Shown here piece by piece: positions 37,138 to 46,440 of a stretch of DNA of 64,000 nucleotides. The notes beneath the pieces were generated by a model that was not told the DNA's origin, searched no databases, and saw only the letters and a list, made by a program, of their open reading frames with translations. A program made the translations under genes and the position numbers. The first letter of the stretch is position 1, and every line of letters starts with the position of its first letter. This DNA comes from Polyangiaceae bacterium (lineage in GTDB: Bacteria > Myxococcota_A > Polyangia > Polyangiales > Polyangiaceae). The stretch lies in the NCBI GenBank assembly GCA_044376115.1, contig JBILLK010000001.1, forward strand, positions 128,001 through 192,000, given 5' to 3'.

Positions 37138-40100
37138 ACCTTGCGCTGACGCTCATTCCCGCGCTGGTGACGCTTGCGATCACAGCCGTTCTTTGCGCAA
37201 AGAAGCACAAGGAGCTGCGCAAGCGATGGGCCTTCATACTCGGGATATGCGTTGGCTTTCTCCCAGGTTTGTATGTCAGCCTGGTTTCGGTCGGGCTCTT
37301 GTCAGAAGCGTATGTGCGAATTCATAAGCCTGCGCTAGCTGCAGTGTCCCTGGGTGCAATGGCTGCGGTCTCGGGGTTGGCCGTCAGGGGCAAATCTAGC
37401 CCACAGCGAGCCCGCCAACTGGCCATCGATCTATCGCTTGTCATCCTCGCACTTTCACTCTCCTTTGCCGTAATGGGAATGGAGGTTGGGCAGCCCATTG
37501 ACCGTTTGACCGTCATTGTTGCTATCGACCGCAGCCGCTCGGTGGACCTAGTCCCGGGAGCAGCTGATCGTGTGCAGAACGAGCTGCTCAAGGTTGAAGC
37601 GTCAATGCGCGACGATGACGAGTTGGGAGTCGTGGCTTTTGGAGTGGCTGCAACGACCGAACAGACTCCCCGAACGAAGAGCGAACCGAAGTCCGCGCAG
37701 GAAGCAATGGTAGCCCGCGATGGGACCGATTTGGATTCAGCCATTCGTCGAGCGCTCTCGGAGGTTCCAGCGGACTCTGGTGCCCGAATCGTGGTGATAA
37801 GCGACGGCGTTGCCACCCGAGGAGATGTGATGGCTGGTGCGGCAGCCGCGCTCGCCGCACAGATCCCGGTCGACGTCATTCCGCTCTTGCAGGAAGAGAA
37901 CAAGGAGCTCCGCGTCGTAAGCGTTCGAGCGCCTACACAGGGCAATACTGGTGAGGCTGTGGACCTCGCCGTGGTGACTCGCGCGAGTGAGGAAACAGTG
38001 GCTGAGATCCGCATCAAGCGCGACGGCCAATTGATTCGGCGTGGAGAGGTCACAATCCAGAAGGGGGAAGATGTCCTTCGGGTGCGCGAGAAGCTGGGCG
38101 ACGCCGGTCTACATCGATACGACGTTGAGGTATCAGCCAAAACCACCACAGCGGATACGACCCCCGAAGACAACGCCGGTGCTACCTTTGTACGCGTCCG
38201 TGGACGTGCCTCGGCACTGATTATCGAAGGGGATGGCCGGGACGCCGCGGCTTTTCTAGAGAACGCTCTCTCGAAGGCCGACATCGATGTTGACGTCGTT
38301 GGGCCGGGCGCAGTTCCAGCCGACCTCGGCGCCTTCGCGGCTTATGACCTCGTCATCCTGAGTGATATCCCGGCTGCTGTAATGTCACCTACTCAGCTGA
38401 ACGCGCTCGCGACCTACGTCCGGGAGTTTGGCGGAGGACTACTGCTATTAGGCGGTGATCGTGGCCTCGGTCCAGGCGGTTACGGCAAGACCCCAATCGA
38501 GGAAGTCTCGCCTGTCTCCTTCGACCTCAAACAGGACCAGCGCAGGGCCAGCCTTGCGCAGGTCATCGCGATCGACATCTCCGGTTCCATGGCGGCAGAG
38601 GTCAACGGGAAGACCAAGCTTGAGTTAGCGAACGAGGCTGCCTCGCGGTCAGCGGAGCTGCTCGGATTGAACGATCGACTTGGCGTCGAGCACGTCGACA
38701 CGAAGGTCTATTGGACCGTCCCGCTTGCACCGGTCGTGGACGCCGCCAAGGTGGGCAACGCCATTCGCTCGATGCCAGTGGGAGGCGGGGGAATCCTCGT
38801 TCCGATTACGCTCACCGAAGGTTACGCAGCCCTTCGAAGCGAAAAGACCAATATCAAGCACCTGCTGCTGTTTGCTGACGGGGCGGATGCGGAGGACATG
38901 GGGCCTGCCAAGCCGCTAACCGCCGCAGCACTGGTTGATGGCATAACGACGAGCGTCGTCTCGCTTGGGCAGGGCAAGGATGTGCCGGACCTCGAGGAGT
39001 TGTCGCGACTTGGCAAAGGTAGATTTTACCTTATTGAGGATGCGTCGAGACTGCCTGCTGTGTTCGCGCAGGAGACCATTCTCGCAGCGCGCAGCGCACT
39101 CTACGAGGAGCCGTTCCAACCGGCTCTGCGCGCGCCAGGGGCGGCAGCGGCGGGGCTCACGTTTGACGACGCCCCCGAACTACTCGGTTATGTCGTGACC
39201 CTTCCGAAGCCACGGGCAACCATTCACCTATCAGGGCCCGAGGAGGATCCTATCCTAGCTACTTGGTCGGTTGGCGTCGGGCGGGCTGGCGTCTTCACCA
39301 GCGACTTCAAGTCGCGCTGGGGATTGGCCTGGACCGAGTGGCCCACGGCAGCAAAACTGGTGGTTCAGTTGAGCCGAGATTTGCTACGCCGCGCCGAGGA
39401 TCAGAAGGTCCGCACCGAGGCCACTGTCTCCAACGGGCAGCTGCATGTGCGAACGACGGTGCTCAGCAGTGACGGCAGAGCAGCAAACTTTCGGCGGGTA
39501 CAGATGAAGGTCATCGGCCCCGATGGCTTTGAGAAGGTTGCTGCCTTGGAAGCCAGCGGAGCTGGTTCGTACACCTCGGACCTACCAGTCGACAGGCCGG
39601 GTAATTACGTAATCATCGCCAGCGATGCGCTCACCGGGGAGCTGCTCGGCACCACTGGCGCGGTCATGTCACGCGGTGAGGAGCTTAGAGTGACTGGGTC
39701 GGATGTAGCCATTCTCGAGCGACTAGCCGACTTTAGCGGGGGAAAGAAGCTCGAGTCACTTGAGGGCATTTTTGATGACCGGCCAAAACTCCGATTTGCC
39801 TATAGGGATATTCAGAGCCGCCTAATCGTCATTGCCGCGCTCGCGCTACTAGTGATGGTAGCAAGCCGCAAGCTTGGCATGCCCAAGGCGCTAGCGGACT
39901 TTCTTCGAGGCAAGCGAACGCTCCAACCTGTCCCGAGTGAGCCGGATGTCAAACGAACCCAGCCGGCCATGTTGGAGGTGTTGCGCAGTGCAAAACAAAA
40001 GGCAACGATACGTGACGCTAGGCCACCATCGGATTCACCGAAGGCCGCGGCAAACGAAGCGCAGCCCGAGCGTGCCCCGGTTGAAGCAGCACCCGTACGG

Positions 40101-40292
40101 CCACGTCCGACGAGACTCGTAGGGATGCACCCGATCGCACAAAGAGGCCCTACGAATGCAGCAGCACAACCGCCGTCACAACCCAGCGTAAGTCCTGCGC
40201 CCGTCCCCAAAAGCTCCAGCGAGACGGGAGAGAGACAGCTGTCCGCGGCTGAGCGGCTAGCCGCAAAGAAGCGGGAGAACAGGCGTAGCTAG
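37134..40292 (+). CDS. Large membrane protein with two VWA domains, an Ig-like and a glutamine-amidotransferase-like domain
   Basis: IDRSRSV/ISDG and IDISGSM/FADG; YDLVILSDIP...YVREFGGGLLLLGG...GGY; PILATWSVGVGR...W; Pro-rich tail. Confidence 0.85.
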   Translation: MNLALTLIPALVTLAITAVLCAKKHKELRKRWAFILGICVGFLPGLYVSLVSVGLLSEAYVRIHKPALAAVSLGAMAAVSGLAVRGKSSPQRARQLAIDLSLVILALSLSFAVMGMEVGQPIDRLTVIVAIDRSRSVDLVPGAADRVQNELLKVEASMRDDDELGVVAFGVAATTEQTPRTKSEPKSAQEAMVARDGTDLDSAIRRALSEVPADSGARIVVISDGVATRGDVMAGAAAALAAQIPVDVIPLLQEENKELRVVSVRAPTQGNTGEAVDLAVVTRASEETVAEIRIKRDGQLIRRGEVTIQKGEDVLRVREKLGDAGLHRYDVEVSAKTTTADTTPEDNAGATFVRVRGRASALIIEGDGRDAAAFLENALSKADIDVDVVGPGAVPADLGAFAAYDLVILSDIPAAVMSPTQLNALATYVREFGGGLLLLGGDRGLGPGGYGKTPIEEVSPVSFDLKQDQRRASLAQVIAIDISGSMAAEVNGKTKLELANEAASRSAELLGLNDRLGVEHVDTKVYWTVPLAPVVDAAKVGNAIRSMPVGGGGILVPITLTEGYAALRSEKTNIKHLLLFADGADAEDMGPAKPLTAAALVDGITTSVVSLGQGKDVPDLEELSRLGKGRFYLIEDASRLPAVFAQETILAARSALYEEPFQPALRAPGAAAAGLTFDDAPELLGYVVTLPKPRATIHLSGPEEDPILATWSVGVGRAGVFTSDFKSRWGLAWTEWPTAAKLVVQLSRDLLRRAEDQKVRTEATVSNGQLHVRTTVLSSDGRAANFRRVQMKVIGPDGFEKVAALEASGAGSYTSDLPVDRPGNYVIIASDALTGELLGTTGAVMSRGEELRVTGSDVAILERLADFSGGKKLESLEGIFDDRPKLRFAYRDIQSRLIVIAALALLVMVASRKLGMPKALADFLRGKRTLQPVPSEPDVKRTQPAMLEVLRSAKQKATIRDARPPSDSPKAAANEAQPERAPVEAAPVRPRPTRLVGMHPIAQRGPTNAAAQPPSQPSVSPAPVPKSSSETGERQLSAAERLAAKKRENRRS

Positions 40293-42225
40293 CCTCGCTC
40301 ACGCCGATTCTCTCGCGCGAGAACTGCCATCCAAACAAGCGCACTTGCCATCCCTACAAAGGTCCCAAACGAGACCAAGGGGACCGCCCAAGCTGGGTAT
40401 CGGATAGCGACCCCTCCTGCCGTCAGCACAATGGCAGCGGCTCCTCGCATGGACCAACGCATCAGCGCCGTAGCACCATGAATGAGGAACCCGAGACCCG
40501 CGAGGCCACTGCTCATTAACAATAGGGTAAAGGGAGCGGCTTGTTCAGGCAGAAGCCCCGAGAGCGCTGAAAAAAGATCAACCGCAGTTGTCCCGAACAG
40601 CATCAAAAAAGCGCCTGTCACCATCTCTCGTCCGCGACGATTAACCAATAGGGACCGTCTCTGCCAAGCGACGCCAATGGTGATGAGACTCACGCTGATG
40701 AGGTCATACGCGACGACCTTCCACATGCTGAGTTCCTCGAGCCGATGAAAGCCTCCGAGGATGACGAGCGTACTGAAACCCAATAACGCGACCAGAAAGA
40801 CCAGGCCCCGAAAGGATGGGGCAACCTCAGCCTCCAACCGCTCCTTGCGGCCGAGATCCACAAGCTGCGCCTTCTCCTCGAGGCTCCTTCTACACTCGCG
40901 GACGCTCGTCTCAAGCTGGCCGTCGACGTTGGTGAGGTCGGCTAGTTCTTGCAATGCGAGAGCTGCATCCTCTGGTCGTTCGCGGAGAATCTCCGTGCGA
41001 ACGAGCATGTTCAAGACCTGGATCTGCAGCTCAATCGCGGCGCGGTTCTGAGTCCACTCGCGCAGTAGAGGAAGCAATGCATACCTGGCTTCAACCAGGT
41101 TTCGCCAGTTGCTTGGGTCGGGCGGCGACGCCAAAGTCGGACCAACCCGATGCCCGATATCAGCGGTTAACTTCGCCAACGCTTGATGGCGCAAGATCGT
41201 AGCCATCGTGTCGTGCATGGCGGCGGCCGAGGCTGGGCGCTGCTGCGGGTCACGTTGGGTTGCGCTGTTGCATAACGCGGCGAGTTCCGGCTGAACGGTA
41301 GATGCGTATTGAACCGGCCTGGAGTGCAGCGCAGCGTCAAAGACCTCGGCGAGCGTGCTACCCACGTGTCGCTGCGTATTGGTGAGCGCGGCGTGAAGGG
41401 TAGCACCAAGCAGATACACATCTGTCCGTGCGTCCACCGGACCCACTTCTGGGTCAAGCATCTCGGGCGCAAGGAAGCCTGGAGTACCAACGATCTCACT
41501 GGTCGGTTGGCCAATGCGGTGAGCAATCCCCCAGTCCAGGAGATAGACCTCCCCGAACAGGCCAACCATTACATTCTCGGGCTTTACGTCCCGGTGAACG
41601 ATGCCCTTCGTGTGGGCAAATTGTAACGCGTCGGCTACTCGCATAAGCACCTCCAAGAGGGCTCCATCGCGATCGCCGTGACGTTCCACGAGAGTCGGCC
41701 ACGCGGGGTGGTCCTCTTGTTCGATCAACGTGCCAACGTTTGTCCTTCGATCCGCTTCATGACCAACACCGGACAGCCGTCTGAATCAACGCCGAGGACA
41801 TGGATCGGCACGATGTGTGGGTGCTCGAGATTGCCGGCGACGCGCGCCTCCTTGAGCAGCGCGTTGGTGGTTAGTGGATCGCCACCAATGCGCGGGACTT
41901 TCACGGCGACTTCGCGTTCAAGCGAGCGCTGGAAAGCGACCCATACGGCGCCCATGCCGCCCTGCCCCAAAAGACTGGCTAGCTCGAGTTCGGCCTCCTC
42001 GACGTTCGCTGGAGAGCGCCCCAGCGAAACGACTGGAAGTCGGCTCGTTTGCGGGAGGGTTGCCGAGTAATCAACATTGCTTGGGCGGATTGTCGCGCCA
42101 GAAACAAAGGAAGCGCTCGCCCCGTGCTCAACGCTCGCGGCTATGGTCTTCGCCAGTGATGCCAGGTCCACGGTCACTGCAGTAGCTTCTGTGGGCACTG
42201 CCAACACCGCAATGATTTTCGCCAA
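40289..42225 (-). pseudogene. Membrane Ser/Thr protein kinase interrupted by a 1-nt frameshift at ~41728
   Basis: Upstream ORF has LGQGGMG, VAVK, EARV, LEHPHIV and MKRIEG; downstream ORF has HRDVKPEN, DWG, GTPGFLAPE and ~6 TMs. Adding one base fuses them. It could be a sequencing error. Confidence 0.8.
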
Positions 42226-42254
42226 ACGGAAGCTGCGTGCGATACTGCGGAAGC

Positions 42255-43676
42255 ATGGGCCGTAAGCCTCAGATTGAAGCTTTCGCTGCCTGGTCGAAGG
42301 AGCGTGGGTTAGTCACGCGTGACATCGATCGGCAGCGAGTGCTGAACGATCTGCTTGAGCTAACTAACAACAAACCAATCGCCGAGGAGCACCTAGAAGC
42401 TCTAACCAAGAGGTATCGGGAGGGCTTGGTCGGGTCACGGGCCGTTCTCGCAGCCCGCCAGATTGGCCTCGAGATCCTCGAGTGGCAGGATGACGGCGGT
42501 CTCGCGACCTTCAACGATTCTCGCGATGTCGCCGTGCCAGCGCCAACTGCTGCCCCAGAAACGAGCCCCACCGGGTCCAATGCAAGCGTTGCGCCCCGCG
42601 CGACGCCGTCAACCAACCCCAAAGCGCAATCTTGGGAGGAGCTGTTTGGCAAAGACGAGGGTGCCACACGCGACCCGCTCGAGGTGGACAAGCACACCTC
42701 CGCAAGGCCAACCGGCTACGCTCATCGCTCACAGCCAGCTCCCCCTCAGACAGGATTGGTTGTCGAAGAGTCCATCCTAGGGGTATCCGAGGCAAAGCTA
42801 AGTCAGGCTCGCCTGGCCCAGACCCCAATCGACGGCGCCACTGGATTTGCGTCCTCGCGACCTCCAAAGCCGGACGATTCCCCGTCCGGAAGCTCCCGCC
42901 CTCCTGGGCTCGGGTCACTGTCGAGCCGGCCGGGCTCGATCCGCCCCGCTTCGGTCAGGCCCCCGGAGAGCTTCTCTGAAAGGCCGCCGGCGCGCCCGAT
43001 TCCGCAAGAGCAGATTGTACCTGAGCCCGCGCGCCCTGCGCTCCGGCCGGGTCGTAGAGCGGCAATTGGCGCAGGTGTGCTGGTGGCGCTAGGGCTCTTG
43101 TCATTCCTAACCAAGTTTCCACAGTTCATTTACGCAGCGCCAGCGCGCGTGGTGAGCGGGCACTTCTCGTCGAATCACCTTGGCGTGCAATGGGAGTTTA
43201 CTGGTAGCTGGAAGCACAACGAACAATTGGACGACACGGAGGGTGTCCCCGATGGGAAACGGCGTGTGAGCGTGTTCTTTCGTGGGGACTCCTCGAGCAA
43301 CTTTAGTGAACTGCTCACCGTAGTTACCGTCGAAGGAAAGACACCAATCGGCGCAGAGAGCGCCAGACAGTTAGGTGCCAATGAAACGATGGGGATGGTG
43401 CAATTTCGCCGCTGTGACCCGTTGAAGACGACGATGGCAGAGGGCATACGCTGCAGTGCTTTGGGGAGTCACATTGGACAGCCCGTCGCGGTGCTCGAGT
43501 ATTTTTACTCGCTTGGTGGAAAAGCCATTTTCTTTCGCTACTTCTTAACAGCGCCAGCTTTCATCCCGAACGGCTCCGTCCAGGACCTCGAACAGCAACA
43601 AGCCAATCACGCTGCGCGTATCGACGATATGATTGGTGCAGCCGAGAAAATGGTTTCCACGATGCGACCGCGTTGA
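42255..43676 (+). CDS. Hypothetical bitopic membrane protein with Ser/Pro/Arg-rich cytoplasmic linker
   Basis: N-terminal helical domain, repeated S-x-R-P(P), one TM (AAIGAGVLVALGLLSFL) and a periplasmic C-terminal domain. Confidence 0.7.
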   Translation: MGRKPQIEAFAAWSKERGLVTRDIDRQRVLNDLLELTNNKPIAEEHLEALTKRYREGLVGSRAVLAARQIGLEILEWQDDGGLATFNDSRDVAVPAPTAAPETSPTGSNASVAPRATPSTNPKAQSWEELFGKDEGATRDPLEVDKHTSARPTGYAHRSQPAPPQTGLVVEESILGVSEAKLSQARLAQTPIDGATGFASSRPPKPDDSPSGSSRPPGLGSLSSRPGSIRPASVRPPESFSERPPARPIPQEQIVPEPARPALRPGRRAAIGAGVLVALGLLSFLTKFPQFIYAAPARVVSGHFSSNHLGVQWEFTGSWKHNEQLDDTEGVPDGKRRVSVFFRGDSSSNFSELLTVVTVEGKTPIGAESARQLGANETMGMVQFRRCDPLKTTMAEGIRCSALGSHIGQPVAVLEYFYSLGGKAIFFRYFLTAPAFIPNGSVQDLEQQQANHAARIDDMIGAAEKMVSTMRPR

Positions 43677-43681
43677 GCCAC

Positions 43682-44728
43682 TCAACCAGCCATCAACAAT
43701 AGGTTCTCCAACGCTTGCGAAGCCGCGCCCTTGAGGAGATTGTCGAGTGCGCAGCCAACGACGATTGACTGATTGTGTGGGTCTACCGCAACGCCCACGC
43801 GAGCTAGGTTTGTCCGCGCCACCGACTGGATCGACGCCTGCTCTATCGACGTCACCTCAACTACCTGCTGATCGTCGAGCCGACTAGCCTGTGTATAGGC
43901 ACGTAGGAGAACGGCGTTGCACTCTTCTTGCGATAGTGGCCGCACCAATCGTGCGAAGGCCGTCGTTAGGAGACCACGTTTGAGCGGCAATAGATGTGGC
44001 GCAAACGTGAGGGTTACGGGATGACCCGCGACGCGCGATAGAGCTACTTCAATCTCTGGCGTGTGTTGATGGTTTCCCACGCGATAGGCGCTCACGTTCT
44101 CATCCACCTCCATAAAAAGAAGGTTCTCAGCCACCTTGCGACCAGCGCCCGACACACCGCTCTTGCCGTGCACAAATATGCCGCCGGGCTCGACCACCCC
44201 CTCGGCAAGGAATGGCGCCAGCGAGAGGATGGCTGCCGTTGCATAGCAACCGGGGTTGGCTACGAGTTTGGCCTCTTTGATGCTGGAAGCGCCAACCGCA
44301 TTGGGCAACTGAGGCAGGCCGTAGGGAACCTTGCCCAAGAGCTCGGGATGCGGGTGGTCGAAGCGGTAGAACGCTCGAAAGCTCTCTTGGTCGAGCAGAC
44401 GAAAGGCTCCCGATAAGTCGACCACGCGAGCACCATGGGTCACGAGGTGCGGCGCAAGCTCGGCAGAAACCTCCGCCGGAGTCGCCAGGGCAACGAAGTC
44501 GGCCTCACGGAAGGAGTCTGGAGCCTCCGCTTGAGCCCGCACGACGCGCTCGAGTGGAAGGGATGATGCCCCCGGATCTCCGAGCGGGAGAAGGTTGCGT
44601 AAAGGCTCGCCGCGAGCCCGGTCTGAGTAGGCGGCAGTGACGTCAAATGAGGGGTGGCTTGCGAGCAGCCTAAGCAGTTCAAGACCCGAATAGCCACTAA
44701 CACCTACGATGGCCACTTTAGAGCGCAT
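43682..44728 (-). CDS. argC: N-acetyl-gamma-glutamyl-phosphate reductase
   Basis: IVGVSGYSG, VDLSGAFRL, ANPGCYAT, SGVSGAGR, HQHTPEI, DNLLKGAA. Confidence 0.96.
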   Translation of the reverse strand: MRSKVAIVGVSGYSGLELLRLLASHPSFDVTAAYSDRARGEPLRNLLPLGDPGASSLPLERVVRAQAEAPDSFREADFVALATPAEVSAELAPHLVTHGARVVDLSGAFRLLDQESFRAFYRFDHPHPELLGKVPYGLPQLPNAVGASSIKEAKLVANPGCYATAAILSLAPFLAEGVVEPGGIFVHGKSGVSGAGRKVAENLLFMEVDENVSAYRVGNHQHTPEIEVALSRVAGHPVTLTFAPHLLPLKRGLLTTAFARLVRPLSQEECNAVLLRAYTQASRLDDQQVVEVTSIEQASIQSVARTNLARVGVAVDPHNQSIVVGCALDNLLKGAASQALENLLLMAG

Positions 44729-44781
44729 GCTGCCTGCGATAATCGGAGAACCGGTTGCGCACAAAGCGTTATCTTCGAGAC

Positions 44782-46440
44782 ATGGTCTATCGTGCTTTTC
44801 TTTTGCTGGCAGTCACTGCTGCTTGCTCCGACTCGGGCAACGCGGGTGGGGGTGAAGGTGGAGCTGGAGCATCTTCAGGTCCGGGGGCTGGAGCCGGCCC
44901 GGCAGGCGTTGGTGGCGGCGTCCAGCCTCCCGCGCCGGCTTGCAGCGCAGCTGACCCGCCAGGCAGTCCCGAGGTAGCCTTACCGACTGTTACCCACGAG
45001 CTGTTCGATGACTGGCGCGAATCGTGGAGCGCCTCTCCCGCTGCCGTGGATCTCGATGGCGACGGTGTGACGGAGATCATCGCGTCGCGCGCTGGGCGAG
45101 TTGTCGCGTGGCATGCGGCTGGCGAGGTTGTCTGGTCTGCTGACGTGGAAGGCCGATGTTGGTCTTCCCCAGTGGTTGCAGATCTGCGGGCCGACTTACC
45201 TGGTATTGAGGTAGCTCAAGCCTCTGGCGACAAGATCTATCTCTTTTCGGCGGCTGGCGAGCTCGCATCAGGCTTTCCATTCACCTTCCGTGGCGAGCTA
45301 CGCAGCTTGGCTGCGGGAGATATTGATGGCGACGGTGAGCTTGAACTGGTTAGCGTTACGACTCAAAATCTAGAGGCCAATGGGCAACGCGATATATTGA
45401 TTGCGGTCAACCCGAATGGTTCACCCGTCACGGGCTTTCCGCCCAACACGAGCGGAGCATCAGGCTGCGATGACGCTTGCTATGTTTATAACGGCTACGA
45501 TCAGAACGTAGCGCTCGGCGATGTCGATGGGGATGGCATCAGCGACGTATTTGCTACCCAGGATAACGCCTATAATTCGCTGCATCGTGGAACGGGGGAG
45601 GCCTTCGATTGCGCTGGCATCTTCAATGGCAGGACGAAGTTCCTGGGAGTGCGTAACCTCCATAACTACGCTGAGGCGCAGCAAGGCTACGCTGAAGACG
45701 AGGCTACGGCGCTCCAGGCGCACCACACGAACACGGCTCCGGCGCTAGCAGACCTTGACGGAGACGGTGTCGCCGAGTTGGTTTTCCTTGCCTCGGTGCA
45801 GAACGCAGCCCAGGACGATCGCGAGCAAGGGGTGGCCCTTTGGGTATTGAAGCCAGACGGAACTCGACCGACCGAATGGCTCGAGCCGCTCCACTTTGAC
45901 GAGTACCTGAGCGGACTCTGGGACTACGGCGAAACCAATATCGTAGCGATCACGAACCAAGTGAGCGTGGCCGAACTCGATCCGGACCGAGCTGGCCCAG
46001 AGCTGGTCTTTGCTGGCTTCGACGGGAGGATTCACGCGGTGGATTCGAGGCGCAACGTGTTGTGGAGCGTCGCTTATACACAGAGTGACGTAGTCGCGAC
46101 TGGCGGCGTCGTGATCGGCGATCTGTCGGGGGACGGAGCGCCAGAAATTGTGTTCGCGACCTACTCGACCGAGGTCGGGTTCGGAGAGTTGTTCGTGCTG
46201 GATGGCGGCGGCAATCTCCTGCACCGAGTCCCTTTGCCCGGTCGCGGGGCGATGCCCGTTCCGACCCTCGCAGACGCTGACAACGATGGCTCAGTCGACA
46301 TTGTCGTCAGTCTGAAGGACTCCGCCGACGGAGCTCCGCAGGTCCTGGTGTTCGGCGTGTCCAGTGCACGTGAGAATTGTCTTTCGTGGCCGACCGGGCG
46401 AGGTAACACTCTGCGCAATGGATACCTCCCTCCAGGGTAA
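44782..46440 (+). CDS. FG-GAP/VCBS repeat lipoprotein (Ca-binding beta-propeller)
   Basis: Lipobox TAAC and a Gly-rich linker; repeated DxDGDG (DLDGDG, DIDGDG, DVDGDG, DLSGDG, DADNDG). Confidence 0.85.
   Translation: MVYRAFLLLAVTAACSDSGNAGGGEGGAGASSGPGAGAGPAGVGGGVQPPAPACSAADPPGSPEVALPTVTHELFDDWRESWSASPAAVDLDGDGVTEIIASRAGRVVAWHAAGEVVWSADVEGRCWSSPVVADLRADLPGIEVAQASGDKIYLFSAAGELASGFPFTFRGELRSLAAGDIDGDGELELVSVTTQNLEANGQRDILIAVNPNGSPVTGFPPNTSGASGCDDACYVYNGYDQNVALGDVDGDGISDVFATQDNAYNSLHRGTGEAFDCAGIFNGRTKFLGVRNLHNYAEAQQGYAEDEATALQAHHTNTAPALADLDGDGVAELVFLASVQNAAQDDREQGVALWVLKPDGTRPTEWLEPLHFDEYLSGLWDYGETNIVAITNQVSVAELDPDRAGPELVFAGFDGRIHAVDSRRNVLWSVAYTQSDVVATGGVVIGDLSGDGAPEIVFATYSTEVGFGELFVLDGGGNLLHRVPLPGRGAMPVPTLADADNDGSVDIVVSLKDSADGAPQVLVFGVSSARENCLSWPTGRGNTLRNGYLPPG

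Noticed and set aside
37322..38284. 320-aa antisense ORF
   Set aside because: Ser/Thr/Ala-rich mirror of the VWA gene, typical of GC-rich DNA.
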